Assembly: GCA_016219005.1 (NCBI GenBank)
Contig: JACRCN010000055.1
Coordinates: forward strand, 1,535-65,534
Direction: 5' to 3'
Source of the DNA: Deltaproteobacteria bacterium
GTDB lineage: Bacteria > Desulfobacterota > Desulfobacteria > Desulfobacterales > SpSt-501
DNA length: 64,000 nt
The translations under genes and the position numbers were made by a program. The notes beneath the pieces were generated by a model, which saw only the letters and a list, made by a program, of their open reading frames with translations, did not search any database and was not told the DNA's origin. Of the stretch, positions 37,868-47,235 are shown in pieces; position 1 is the stretch's first letter, and every line of letters begins with the position of its first letter.

Positions 37868-38689
37868 ATGTATCTTGACTACTACGAACTCAAAAAGTTC
37901 CCCTTCAGAACAAACCCTGATCCCAAATTTCTCTGGTTTGGTGAAAAGCACAAAGAAGCCCTGTCGTTTCTTAAATATGGAATGTTGAAACGAGACGGGT
38001 TTTTGCTGTTGACGGGTGACGTTGGCACCGGAAAAACGTCGCTTATAAGGTATCTTCTGAAATCAATTGATGCTTCAGCCATGATTGCCACAATCTCTAA
38101 TCCCATGATGCCTGTTATGGATTTTTACAATTTTCTATCTGAAAAATTTAAGTTGGATAATAAATTCGCCGACAAAGCTGGTTTTTTTATTCGTTTTAAA
38201 AAGTTTTTGCTTAAAGCGTATTCAGAACACAAACTCGTCTTCGTCATAATAGATGCAGCCCAGACACTCAATCATGATCGGTTAGAGGAAATACGGCTTT
38301 TGTCCAACATTGAGTTTGAGAACCAAAAACTTTTAAATATTTTCTTCGTTGGTCAAAGCGAAACTGAAACGATTCTGATGGACCCAAGGAATAAGGCAAC
38401 TAGCCAAAGAATCAACATGAGCTATCAGCTTCAGCCTTTAGATGAGCAAGAAACCATACACTACATTGCTCATCGTCTAAAAGTTGCAGGCGCTAAAAGG
38501 GGTATTTTTACAGATGATGCATGCAAAAAAATTTTTGATATCGCTGATGGAATACCGCGATTAATTAATTCGATATGTGATTGTGCACTACTGAGTGGGT
38601 ACGCAAAAGACCGGAAAATTGTCGATCCAATATTGATAAGAGAATGCCAAATCGAGCTAAGGATTCCAATAGGAACAATATTCATATGA
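37868..38689 (+). CDS. ExeA/GspA-family AAA ATPase
   Basis: YYELKKFPFRTNPDPKFLWFGEKHKEALSFLKYG...LLLTGDVGTGKTSL. The gene is AT-rich relative to the core genome. Confidence 0.85.
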   Translation: MYLDYYELKKFPFRTNPDPKFLWFGEKHKEALSFLKYGMLKRDGFLLLTGDVGTGKTSLIRYLLKSIDASAMIATISNPMMPVMDFYNFLSEKFKLDNKFADKAGFFIRFKKFLLKAYSEHKLVFVIIDAAQTLNHDRLEEIRLLSNIEFENQKLLNIFFVGQSETETILMDPRNKATSQRINMSYQLQPLDEQETIHYIAHRLKVAGAKRGIFTDDACKKIFDIADGIPRLINSICDCALLSGYAKDRKIVDPILIRECQIELRIPIGTIFI

Positions 38690-38928
38690 TAACATCCGAC
38701 ACATCACAAAAGCATCAAGTCTTTAATATGAGCCTATCGCCGCGGTGTTAGGCTCGCCCCAAATAAGTGCCACTTCCGTTAAGAATCCGCCACCTGCCCA
38801 CATCGGGCTTAATTCGTCGAAGAACCAAAAATACATGATTCGCCCCATACCAAGGTAAAGCTCTCTGAATTAAAAATTGCTATTTGCGTGGTTTGGCGGC
38901 CAAAGGCAGTTTGAGTGGAGATGCGCGG

Positions 38929-39060
38929 ATGAAAGGCTCCTGCGAATCCGAATTCACCGGAAAGCGCGCTCTCGTGACCGGCGGCACCAGAGGCATTGGC
39001 GAAGCCATCGTCCAACGTCTCAGAGGTTCGGGTGCAGCGGTAGTCACTACGGACCGGTCC
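38929..39060 (+). pseudogene. N-terminal fragment of a short-chain dehydrogenase (SDR)
   Basis: FTGKRALVTGGTRGIGEAIVQRLRGSGAAVVTTDRS is a Rossmann TGxxxGxG segment. Only about 45 aa remain before similarity is lost. Confidence 0.6.
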
Positions 39061-39130
39061 ACCCCCCATGAGCTGTTTCACCCACCGGCAAAAGGGGCGG
39101 GAGGTGGCTTACTTTGAGAAGAAGGTTCCT

Positions 39131-39508
39131 ATGCCGACTAAAGTGGATCATCGAACGAAACTGGAAAGAATCAAATTAATCGATATACTTCTGGAAGATG
39201 CATCTGAGATAGTTGCTGATATGAAACTTGGAAAAAACAAGCAGGATGACAAGCAAGAAATAGAGCTTTTATCACTGTTATTTCAGATTCTATCTTTGGT
39301 CATTTCGATTAGAGCAGAATATTACCTTGAGAACTTTGCAGGCATCAGCTCGAATTTACCCATAAAAAAAGTATTTACGGAAATGGGGGCTGACATCATC
39401 CATCTGGATAGACGCAAGTTTGAGGGGGAAAGGCGAAACCTGCGCACTTTCATTGCGGATGATAGAAGAAGCGGGTTTTCTAATCGACGCAAGAAAAAAA
39501 CCGTTTGA
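39131..39508 (+). CDS. hypothetical small protein with a (D/E)RR-repeat tail
   Basis: GAAGAAGG SD upstream. C-terminus HLDRRKFEGERRNLRTFIADDRRSGFSNRRKKK. Confidence 0.5.
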   Translation: MPTKVDHRTKLERIKLIDILLEDASEIVADMKLGKNKQDDKQEIELLSLLFQILSLVISIRAEYYLENFAGISSNLPIKKVFTEMGADIIHLDRRKFEGERRNLRTFIADDRRSGFSNRRKKKTV

Positions 39509-39893
39509 GTCCTTATGTCATTATATTGTCCCGCAGGAATCTAAATAACAGAGAAAATGGCTGAACCCAATAAGCTTCGCCAAACTGCAGATGGAGAAGT
39601 CATGAATGAAAATTTTCGGCCTTACAATTGCGGCTTAGATTAAAGCCTCCATGAACTTCCTGGCTGCCCCTTTCCCGATGCTAAGCCCAAAAGCCTTAAA
39701 GCCTATCCCAAGATGCATACTCTGGAGGCAGGCCCAAAAAGCATTATGGCTATCAAGGTACTGTCAAGACTCAGGAACAGTACAAGGGGATCATGTCCGA
39801 GCTGAGCCACCTGCACTGGAGCTATGCGGCGGATTCCCCAGAGGGCAAACAATCTGCCCCGCTGATTTAGGTCCTCTGGTTATCGATTTCGAA

Positions 39894-40000
39894 AATATCA
39901 CAGGAAACTCGGCTTCAAAAAAAAATGCCATTCTGACAGCCGAAGTTTGCGACTGCGGACAAAGGCCAGATATCGAGCGGTCTCATAACCTATTCGCAGA
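39894..40000. repeat. ~107-bp direct repeat, copy 1
   Basis: AATATCACAGGAAACTCG...TTGCGACTGCGGA...CCAGATATCGAGCGGTCTCATAACCTATTCGCAGA aligns with 41060-41171. Confidence 0.7.
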
Positions 40001-40153
40001 TTGCCGGTGTTTCGGTGAGATTATCCGAAATATATGCACTTTTGAGGTATGTGTGATATTCGCAGAGAAGAAAGTCCAAACGCTCCAGCGAACGCTGAGT
40101 TCTTACTCCGGTGAACGCCTGTTTTGTGTTTCCAAATTGTCGGGAGTGAAAAA

Positions 40154-40645
40154 ATGGTCATCCGAGCGATGGAGAAAGAAGATGTTGAACGCGTAAGTTT
40201 AGTCCATAGGCAGGCTTTCATCCGGCAGAGATACTCTCTTGAATGGATTGAATGCAACTTTCGAGCCTTTCCTCGAATGCAATACTTTGTAGCTCAAGAG
40301 GAAGGATCCGTCATTGGCTATATTCAATGGACGGAAAGAAGTGGTTTCCGCGAGGAGGTCGTTCTTGAGCTGGAGCAGCTTGCTGTTATGCCTGCCAGAC
40401 AAGGCAACGGTGTTGGCCGCCGGCTGATCAAGGAATCTTTGCCTCTTGTGGAGAAGACCATTAAAACACGTGGCGCTAGAATTAAGCACATCGTTGTCAC
40501 CACCAGGGCGGACAATTACGCTCAACGTCTCTATCATAGTACTTTCGGCGCTGAGGTGGAAGCGACGCTTTTTCAGCTCTATTCTGCTGATGAAGTTTTT
40601 ATGATTGCACGTAATGTCGATGTGCAAAGTATCTCAAGGCCCTGA
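40154..40645 (+). CDS. GNAT family N-acetyltransferase
   Basis: VIGYIQW...LEQLAVMPARQGNGVGRRLI is the acetyl-CoA-binding Q/RxxGxG/A motif. GGGAG SD upstream. Confidence 0.85.
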   Translation: MVIRAMEKEDVERVSLVHRQAFIRQRYSLEWIECNFRAFPRMQYFVAQEEGSVIGYIQWTERSGFREEVVLELEQLAVMPARQGNGVGRRLIKESLPLVEKTIKTRGARIKHIVVTTRADNYAQRLYHSTFGAEVEATLFQLYSADEVFMIARNVDVQSISRP

Positions 40646-40743
40646 TGGGTAAGGTGGCCGGCATTCCGGTCATTTCATCAGGCATATTCCCATTGTATTG
40701 GTTAAAATTGTCTCAAAGTGGATAGCGATTAATACATCAAAAA

Positions 40744-41001
40744 GTGAGTGGGTTGAAATGGCAGAAGAATTTTCACCTAAATTATATTGAACCTCCCCCA
40801 AATATTCCTATTCGTTTTGCGTCATACCCCGGTGTCACTTTCCTTCTGAGAAAGGTTGGAAAAGACTACAATGACGATTGTAATGACGGTTCTTTGACAG
40901 GCTTAATGGATATTTATCGTTCTGGTGATGACAAAGGCTCTACTTTCAAATGGGAAAAGTATGCAGCCGCCGATAATACAGTCACCCAACAAATGCATTA
41001 A
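40744..41001 (+). CDS. hypothetical protein (weak)
   Basis: 85-aa ORF with a GTG start and no recognisable motif. Confidence 0.25.
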   Translation: MSGLKWQKNFHLNYIEPPPNIPIRFASYPGVTFLLRKVGKDYNDDCNDGSLTGLMDIYRSGDDKGSTFKWEKYAAADNTVTQQMH

Positions 41002-41059
41002 GTCGGATTGCTTGCAATTCCGCTGCGCGCCATTGCAACCGTTTATGCATGGCGTCGGC

Positions 41060-41171
41060 AATATCACAGGAAACTCGATTGTCAAGAAAGCTGCGTTTGT
41101 GACAGCCCGTACGAAGATTGCGACTGCGGAAAATAGCCAGATAACGAGCGGCCTCATAACCTATCCACAGA
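41060..41171. repeat. ~112-bp direct repeat, copy 2
   Basis: See copy 1. It lies about 85 bp from the terminator downstream of tRNA-Val. Confidence 0.7.
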
Positions 41172-41254
41172 CCCGCCCAGCTAACCATTCAGGGTCGGCG
41201 CCGGGAGCCGCCGAGAATAACCGGATTATGCCCTTCGTGGGGACACAAAATATA

Positions 41255-41307
41255 CCCAAAAAACAAAATCGGGCGGTTAGACCTATTACGGTCTAACCGC
41301 CCGATTT
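41255..41307 (-). terminator. strong hairpin terminator downstream of tRNA-Val
   Basis: AAATCGGGCGGTTAGACC-N6-GGTCTAACCGCCCGATTT, followed on the minus strand by a T-rich run. Confidence 0.85.
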
Positions 41308-41311
41308 AATT

Positions 41312-41386
41312 TGGTAGGCGCTACTGGATTTGAACCAGTGACTTCTACCGTGTGAGGGTAGCGCTCTCCCGCTGAGCTAAGCGCCC
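41312..41386 (-). tRNA. tRNA-Val (anticodon CAC), CCA encoded
   Basis: Minus strand reads GGGCGCT TA GCTC AGCGGGA GAGC G CTACC CTCACAC GGTAG AAGTC ACTGG TTCAAAT CCAGT AGCGCCT A CCA. This folds as a cloverleaf with a 7-nt anticodon loop CU-CAC-AC. Confidence 0.95.
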
Positions 41387-41416
41387 GAAAAGGCTGACGC
41401 GTGCGACAGCCTTTTT
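41387..41416 (-). terminator. hairpin downstream of scpB
   Basis: AAAAGGCTG...CAGCCTTTT. Confidence 0.6.
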
Positions 41417-41417
41417 A

Positions 41418-42188
41418 TTACGTCGTTCCCGGATCGAAATCAAGTGTTTTTTCGATGGGAGCTTCCCCCTCCACCGATTCCTGCGTGGCAGGGGCTTCCG
41501 GTGAGGCTTCCGGTTCCTCGACAGGCGTTTCCGCCGGCAAAGGCTCCTCCGGGGGGGATTCCTCGTAGCCGTCGACCTGCCCCGGCTCGCCGGTATCCTC
41601 CGCAGGGACGGTGGCTTCGCCCTCATCCGGCTCGATCGTGACCCCGGCCCGCATTTCCAGGGGCGGTTTTCCGAACTCTTCGATCTCCTTGGGCGAGGGC
41701 AGGTCCTGGAGATCCTTCAGGTCGAAGGTTTCGAGAAACGTCTTGGTCGTGGCGTAGATCAGCGGGCGGCCGGCGATCTCCTTGCGTCCCAGCACGCGCA
41801 CGAGCTTGCGTTCGAGCAGCACGCGCAGGACGCCGCCGCAGTCCACCCCGCGGATGTGTTCGATATCGGCGCGGATGATCGGCTGCTTATAAGCGATGAC
41901 CGCCAGCGTTTCCATGGCGGCCTTGCTCAGCCGCAGCGGCTTGGGGTCGACCATGCGCCGGATCCACGGCGTATACTCCGGCCGGCTGCGAAACTGGTAG
42001 CCTCCGGCCACCTCTGCGAGGTAAAAGCCGCCCGGGCGGGTGTCGTACTCGGCTTGCAGCGCCGCGATGGCCTCGCGGATGGCTTCGGCTTCCGCCTGGG
42101 GCAGAATTTTTTTCAGGCGTTCGAGGCTCAACGTCTCTTCCGCCACAAAGAGCAAGCTGTCGATGATGTTCTTGAGGTCTTCCATCAC
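41418..42188 (-). CDS. scpB: segregation and condensation protein B with an acidic/Pro-rich C-terminal tail
   Basis: IIDSLLFVAEETLSLERL...GGYQFRSRPEY. Confidence 0.9.
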   Translation of the reverse strand: MMEDLKNIIDSLLFVAEETLSLERLKKILPQAEAEAIREAIAALQAEYDTRPGGFYLAEVAGGYQFRSRPEYTPWIRRMVDPKPLRLSKAAMETLAVIAYKQPIIRADIEHIRGVDCGGVLRVLLERKLVRVLGRKEIAGRPLIYATTKTFLETFDLKDLQDLPSPKEIEEFGKPPLEMRAGVTIEPDEGEATVPAEDTGEPGQVDGYEESPPEEPLPAETPVEEPEASPEAPATQESVEGEAPIEKTLDFDPGTT

Positions 42189-42928
42189 ATGTAGAATATC
42201 CTGATGATCCCTGAATTCACGTGCTGGACGATGCGAATCAGGGAAAGTTTAACCATTTCGAGGGTTGCCAGAAAAGTGACGATGATCTCGCTGCGGCGGG
42301 GTTGATCCGCAAACAGTTCAAAAAAGGTGAGGGATCCCTTGATCTCCAGTTGATCCGCGATTTGGGAGATGCGTTCCTGGACCGAGATCGTGTCGGTGGT
42401 AAACTCGATGCGGGCCTCGTCCGGCAGCCCGGCCAGAATTTTCTGGAACGCGTCGATCAGCTCGAACAGGCCGATCTTGATGACCTCCTCGTCTCCCGGG
42501 GGCACGAGATCGCCGGGTTTGACTCCGCGCGTGAACGTGTCCTCACCGAGCAGGGGTCGTTCGGACAGCTGCGCGGCCGCCGATTTGAGTTTGAGGTACT
42601 CGAGCAGCGGCCGGACGATCTCCTGGCGCGGGTCATCCTCCTCGTCGCCCTCCTCGGCGTGCAGCGGCAGGAGCATGCGGGATTTGATCTGAGCCAGGCT
42701 GGAGGCCATCACTACGAACTCCGCGGCGTACTCGACATTCATCGCCTCCAGCCACTCGAGGTACTGCAGGTATTGCTCGGTCACCATGGCAATGGGGATG
42801 TCGGTGATGCTGATCTCGTTTTTCCGGATCAGGTGGACCAGCAAGTCCATCGGCCCTTCGAAGATGTCCGTCAGACTGACGCGATACGGCTCAGCGTTGT
42901 GCAGCCCCGCCACGGCGCCCCTTTCCAT
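42185..42928 (-). CDS. scpA: segregation and condensation protein A
   Basis: FEGPMDLLVHLIRKNEISITDIPI. The start ATG overlaps the trpS stop (TGATG). The upstream part of the tracked ORF is off-frame over trpS. Confidence 0.9.
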   Translation of the reverse strand: MERGAVAGLHNAEPYRVSLTDIFEGPMDLLVHLIRKNEISITDIPIAMVTEQYLQYLEWLEAMNVEYAAEFVVMASSLAQIKSRMLLPLHAEEGDEEDDPRQEIVRPLLEYLKLKSAAAQLSERPLLGEDTFTRGVKPGDLVPPGDEEVIKIGLFELIDAFQKILAGLPDEARIEFTTDTISVQERISQIADQLEIKGSLTFFELFADQPRRSEIIVTFLATLEMVKLSLIRIVQHVNSGIIRIFYM

Positions 42929-43908
42929 CACAGTTTGATCGCCGCCCGGACTTCTTCCATGGTCCGACAGGCGGTTTGTCGAGCCTTGGCGTCCCCGGCC
43001 GCGAGTATCTCCGCGACCCGCCCGGGGCGCTCCTGGTAGTAGCGGCGCTTCTCGCGGATCGGGTCGAGGAACGCATTCAGGTACTGGCCCATCCGTTTCT
43101 TGCACTCCACGCACCCGATGTCCGCCGTGCGACAGCGCCGGTTGACTTCCGCTACGAACTCCGGTGGCGAGTAGAGCTTGTGGAAGTCGAACACGTTGCA
43201 TACGTCCGGGTTGCCGGGGTCGGACTTGCGCATGCGCTGGGGGTCCGTGATCATGGTCGCCACCTTTGCCGCGACGACATCGGCCGGGTCGGAGAGGAAG
43301 ATGGCGTTGCCGTAGCTCTTGCTCATCTTGCGGCGGTCGGTCCCGAGCAGTTTGGGGGTCTCGGTGAGGATGACTTCCGGCTCCGGAAACACCGGCCCGT
43401 AAAAATAGTTGAACCGCCGGGCGATCTCGCGGGTGATCTCGACGTGCGGCGCCTGGTCCACCCCCACCGGTACGCCGAACGGCTTGTACATGATGATGTC
43501 AGCGGCCTGCAGCACCGGGTATCCCAGGAACCCGAAGGTGGACAGGTCCTTGGTGCTGAGCTGCTCGATCTGGTCCTTGTAGGTCGGATTGCGTTCGAGC
43601 CACGGCACCGGTGTGATCATGCACAGGAGCAGAAAGAGCTCGGCGTGCTCCTTGATGTGGGACTGCACGAACAGGGTGCTCTGCTCCGGGGTGAGCCCCA
43701 CGCTCAACCAGTCGAGCATGATGTCGTCGCTGAACCCTTTGAGGAAATCCGGCTTCTCGTAGTCGCTGGTCAGGGCGTGCCAGTCCGCGATAAAAAAAAA
43801 GCAGTCGTACTCTTCCTGCAGGCGCACCCAGTTGGCCAGCGCGCCGTGGTAGTTTCCCAAGTGCAGCGGCCCGGTGGGGCGCATTCCGCTCAACAGCCGT
43901 TTCCGCAT
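42928..43908 (-). CDS. trpS: tryptophan--tRNA ligase
   Basis: SGMRPTGPLHLGNYHGAL (HIGH region) and KMSKS. Start taken at MRKRLLSG. Confidence 0.95.
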   Translation of the reverse strand: MRKRLLSGMRPTGPLHLGNYHGALANWVRLQEEYDCFFFIADWHALTSDYEKPDFLKGFSDDIMLDWLSVGLTPEQSTLFVQSHIKEHAELFLLLCMITPVPWLERNPTYKDQIEQLSTKDLSTFGFLGYPVLQAADIIMYKPFGVPVGVDQAPHVEITREIARRFNYFYGPVFPEPEVILTETPKLLGTDRRKMSKSYGNAIFLSDPADVVAAKVATMITDPQRMRKSDPGNPDVCNVFDFHKLYSPPEFVAEVNRRCRTADIGCVECKKRMGQYLNAFLDPIREKRRYYQERPGRVAEILAAGDAKARQTACRTMEEVRAAIKL

Positions 43909-44083
43909 TTCCGAGTTGCTCCCTTCTGAGTCCTCATGGTCTATTAAAAGTCGATCTAAGACGACTTTGCAAAAAGTTTCAAATCCAAGGCGGGCGAATC
44001 TCATGTCACGAGGCGTACGGATCGTTCGCCGCAGTGACAACGCGATGAAGCGCGACGCCGGAGTCGGGCTTCTTACGAAGTCG

Positions 44084-46804
44084 TCAATCCTCGTGCCTCC
44101 GAGCGGGAGGATCCGCCGCCGGGGTGTTGTGGTCATGAATCAGGCGGCGGGCGAGGGCGATCTCATCCTCGCGGGTCCCGGCCCGGCCGTTCAGCTTGGC
44201 CTCGAAGACCGCCTGGAAGACCCGGCGGTACATCGGGCCGGGCTCAAGCCCGAGCGCCTTCAGATCTGCGCCCTTGAGGGAAATGGACGTCCGGCGCAGG
44301 TTGGTGCAGTAGAGCGAGATCGCCTTCTTGACCTTTTCCTGATTCGTGATGGCCATCATGAAAAGGATGAGTTCGGTACGGAACGCGGAAAGCCGGTGGT
44401 ACAGGCCGCTGTTTTCGACCGGAAGGCTGCGCTCCAGCCAGTAGAGGCAGCGCTCGGCGTTTGAACGGTCTTGTACGAAACACTTCCGCAAGCGGGGGGC
44501 GAGTTCGAACCGGACGCAGATCTCCTCCGCCTTGCCCTTTTCGCAGTGATGGACCAGCACCAGAAAATAAACGGCCCACTTCATATAGGATTCATCCAGA
44601 AAAAGCAAATCATACCAGGAGAGGACCTGTTTGGCCGCGTTCAGCCGGGTCAGGAGCGGTTTGCTGAGGGCGAGCGAGGGGTGAACGACCTTGAGGAGTC
44701 CGAAATCGTTCAGCCGGGCGATGGCGGCCGGCGGGGTTTCCTCCTCCAGGATTTGACGCAGTTCGCTGAACACCCGGCGGCCGGAGAGCTCCCGGAAGAA
44801 GTCCATGCTGACCGCGTTGTGGATGAGGCCGGCGGTCAGCCGGCTGATGGCGAAGCTGAAGCGCTGCTCGAAGCGAATGGCCCGGAACACCCGGGTCGGG
44901 TCCTCCACGAAGCTCAGGTTGTGCAGCACCCGGATGGACATTTCCTTGATGTCCTTCTGGGAGTTGAAGAAGTCGATGAGCACTCCGAAGCGGTCCGGGT
45001 TGAGCTGGATGGCCAGGGTGTTGATCGTGAAATCCCGTCGGTAGAGGTCCAGCTTGATCGAGCTCATTTCAACGACCGGCAGGGCGGCCGGAAACTTGTA
45101 ATATTCCATGCGGGCTGAGGCGACATCGATCTTGAAACCATCCGGGTAGATGATCACCGCCGTGCCGAATTTCTCGTGAGCGTGGATGCGAGCCCCGGTG
45201 AGCCGGGCATAGGCCCGGGCGAAGCGGATCCCGTCGCCCTCGATCACCACATCCACGTCCTCGTCGCTGCGGTACAGGAACAGGTCGCGCACGAACCCGC
45301 CCACCACGAAGGCCCCGCAACCCAGGCGGCTAGCTGTTTCGCCGATCTCTTTCAGGATGCCGAGGATGCGGGGCGAGAGCCGCTCCTGCATGAACTTGGT
45401 GACGTTGCGGGTGCGGGGGTTGAAAGACTCCCGCAGTGCTTCCGCCGGCGGTTCGTGTTCGGACTGCCGCTGGCCCACGAGGACATTCAGCAGGTCCGTG
45501 CGGGTGATGACGCCAACGACGCGCCCACCCTCCACCACCGGCAGGATGCGCTGCTTGGTGTCGATGATCTTCTTCTGGATCTCCGCCAGGTTTGCATCCG
45601 GGCCCACGGTGGCCGCCTCGGTGGTCATGTATTCGCGCACCGGCACCGCGCCGAGTTTGTGAAAGAGGGCCTTCTCGATGACTTGCCGGGTGATGAAGCC
45701 GAGCAGATCCTCCCGGCCGTCGCGCTTGGCGGTGACCAGCAGCGCGTTGACGTTGTAACGGGTGAGTAGATTGTTGGCCTCCTCGCAGGAGACATCTGCG
45801 TCCGCGCCGATGGCCGGGGCGGACATCAGGTGTCGGGCCAGGCGGCGCGCTCGAACCTTCTCGAACAGGATTTGGAGCAGTTGGTGTTCGGTTTGGGCCA
45901 GCGTCTGGCCCTTGACGGTCGCCGCGGCGGCATAGGCATGACCGCCGCCGCCCAAGGTGGCGAGAATGGCGCCCACATCCACCTCTTCCAGGCGGCTGCG
46001 GGCTACGATGTAAATCTTGGACTCCATCAGGGCCAGGGCGAAGATCGCCTCGAGGTTCTCCATCCGGGCCATTTTCTGAACCAGGAAGGCGAAGTCGGGA
46101 ATATAGGTCTCCCGGGAGATGCTGGTCATCACCACCTCGACCCCGTTCACCTGGGAGCGGTTGGCGCTCTGGATCATGTCGTTGAGAAGGGTCACCTGCG
46201 CCGGATTCAGCTCCCGGGCGATCAGGTCGGAGACGACGTTGAGATTTGCGCCACGGGCGAGCAGGAATGCGGCGGCCCGGAAATCCCTCTCGGTAGTGGA
46301 CGGAAAGGTGAACGAGCCGGTGTCCTCATAGAGGCCCAGACACATGATGGTGGCCTCGTCGGGGGAGATCTCGGTGCCGCCGCGGGCCTGAATGGCCTCG
46401 ATCAGCAGGGTGACGTTGGCACCTGTGGGGGCGCAGACCTCCAGGCGGCCACGGATGTCGCCGTCCCCGGGAGGGTGATGGTCGTAGACGTGGATGTCCA
46501 CCCCGGGTTTTTCGAGGAGGTCGGCGAGCCGTCCGATTCGACCGGGCTGGCGGGTGTCGACGAGCACGAGCCGTTTGACGCGGTCGAGGTCGATTGAGTT
46601 GACCTCCGCCATGTTGAACAGGTAAGCCATTGAACTGATAAAGAAATTCCGCAGGTTTTTTTCCTGGGAGCCGGGAAAGACGACGCGAGCCCCGGGATAG
46701 AGCTTCTGGGCCGCCAGCAGGCTGGCCAGGGCATCGAAGTCCGCATTGAGATGCGTGGTGATGACCGTGATCTCGGCGGGATCCCGCTGTGAGGCTCGGT
46801 CCAC
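44084..46804 (-). CDS. DHH phosphoesterase - CBS pair - poly(A) polymerase/tRNA nucleotidyltransferase fusion protein
   Basis: THLNADFDALAS and VYDHHP (DHH). A CBS-like mid-region. GAFVVGGFVRDLFL...DVDVVIEGD is the nucleotidyltransferase head. Confidence 0.85.
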   Translation of the reverse strand: MDRASQRDPAEITVITTHLNADFDALASLLAAQKLYPGARVVFPGSQEKNLRNFFISSMAYLFNMAEVNSIDLDRVKRLVLVDTRQPGRIGRLADLLEKPGVDIHVYDHHPPGDGDIRGRLEVCAPTGANVTLLIEAIQARGGTEISPDEATIMCLGLYEDTGSFTFPSTTERDFRAAAFLLARGANLNVVSDLIARELNPAQVTLLNDMIQSANRSQVNGVEVVMTSISRETYIPDFAFLVQKMARMENLEAIFALALMESKIYIVARSRLEEVDVGAILATLGGGGHAYAAAATVKGQTLAQTEHQLLQILFEKVRARRLARHLMSAPAIGADADVSCEEANNLLTRYNVNALLVTAKRDGREDLLGFITRQVIEKALFHKLGAVPVREYMTTEAATVGPDANLAEIQKKIIDTKQRILPVVEGGRVVGVITRTDLLNVLVGQRQSEHEPPAEALRESFNPRTRNVTKFMQERLSPRILGILKEIGETASRLGCGAFVVGGFVRDLFLYRSDEDVDVVIEGDGIRFARAYARLTGARIHAHEKFGTAVIIYPDGFKIDVASARMEYYKFPAALPVVEMSSIKLDLYRRDFTINTLAIQLNPDRFGVLIDFFNSQKDIKEMSIRVLHNLSFVEDPTRVFRAIRFEQRFSFAISRLTAGLIHNAVSMDFFRELSGRRVFSELRQILEEETPPAAIARLNDFGLLKVVHPSLALSKPLLTRLNAAKQVLSWYDLLFLDESYMKWAVYFLVLVHHCEKGKAEEICVRFELAPRLRKCFVQDRSNAERCLYWLERSLPVENSGLYHRLSAFRTELILFMMAITNQEKVKKAISLYCTNLRRTSISLKGADLKALGLEPGPMYRRVFQAVFEAKLNGRAGTREDEIALARRLIHDHNTPAADPPARRHED

Positions 46805-47235
46805 TGGTTAATCCTGTGATATCAAAATATTGCCAAATTTCAGGAGGGCCGGGGTTGGGTCGCAGCCTGACTTACACTTCTATCATAGAAGCGGATGAAA
46901 GCCAAACGATCCCGGGCCGAATCTCTCTTCCACTCCAGCCGTCCGATCCTGGCACCACCTTCAGGCGACCCCCTTGAGGCGCTCCAGACTCAAAAATGCG
47001 TTTCCAACCGCCGCATGGCTGGAAAAAATATTTAAAGTTTGCGCCCGTTCGGCCGATAGATCATTCGAAGCCACCTGTGGCCGGCACCGTTGTGAGCCGG
47101 TCCTTGGGAGCGCTGATGCGCCGTGTTGCAGGGAAGGCCCAAAACTTTAGAAAGCGCAAGGGCCGGGTGACCAGGCCCCGCAGACCTTAAGCGGGTTGAT
47201 ACCGACGCGCGTGGTCGGTTATGGAGGACGCTGAG

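Noticed and set aside
39651-40196. 181-aa plus-strand ORF
   Set aside because: It runs through gene remnants, the 107-bp repeat and the GNAT start. It has no coherent domain, and the repeat pair does not preserve its frame.
39894-41171. Integron attC (59-be) interpretation of the 107-bp repeats flanking the GNAT cassette
   Set aside because: I could not find the paired RYYYAAC / GTTRRRY core sites or internal inverted-repeat symmetry, and no intI integrase lies in the window. The pair is kept only as an unexplained repeat.
35669-41171. CRISPR array
   Set aside because: The repeats are over 100 bp, occur only two or three times, are irregularly spaced and flank genes. No cas genes are present.
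41172-41386. Classical tRNA-targeted genomic island with an integrase and a duplicated tRNA 3' end
   Set aside because: There is no integrase gene, and I found no repeat of the tRNA-Val 3' end in the window. The adjacent repeats are unrelated to the tRNA sequence.
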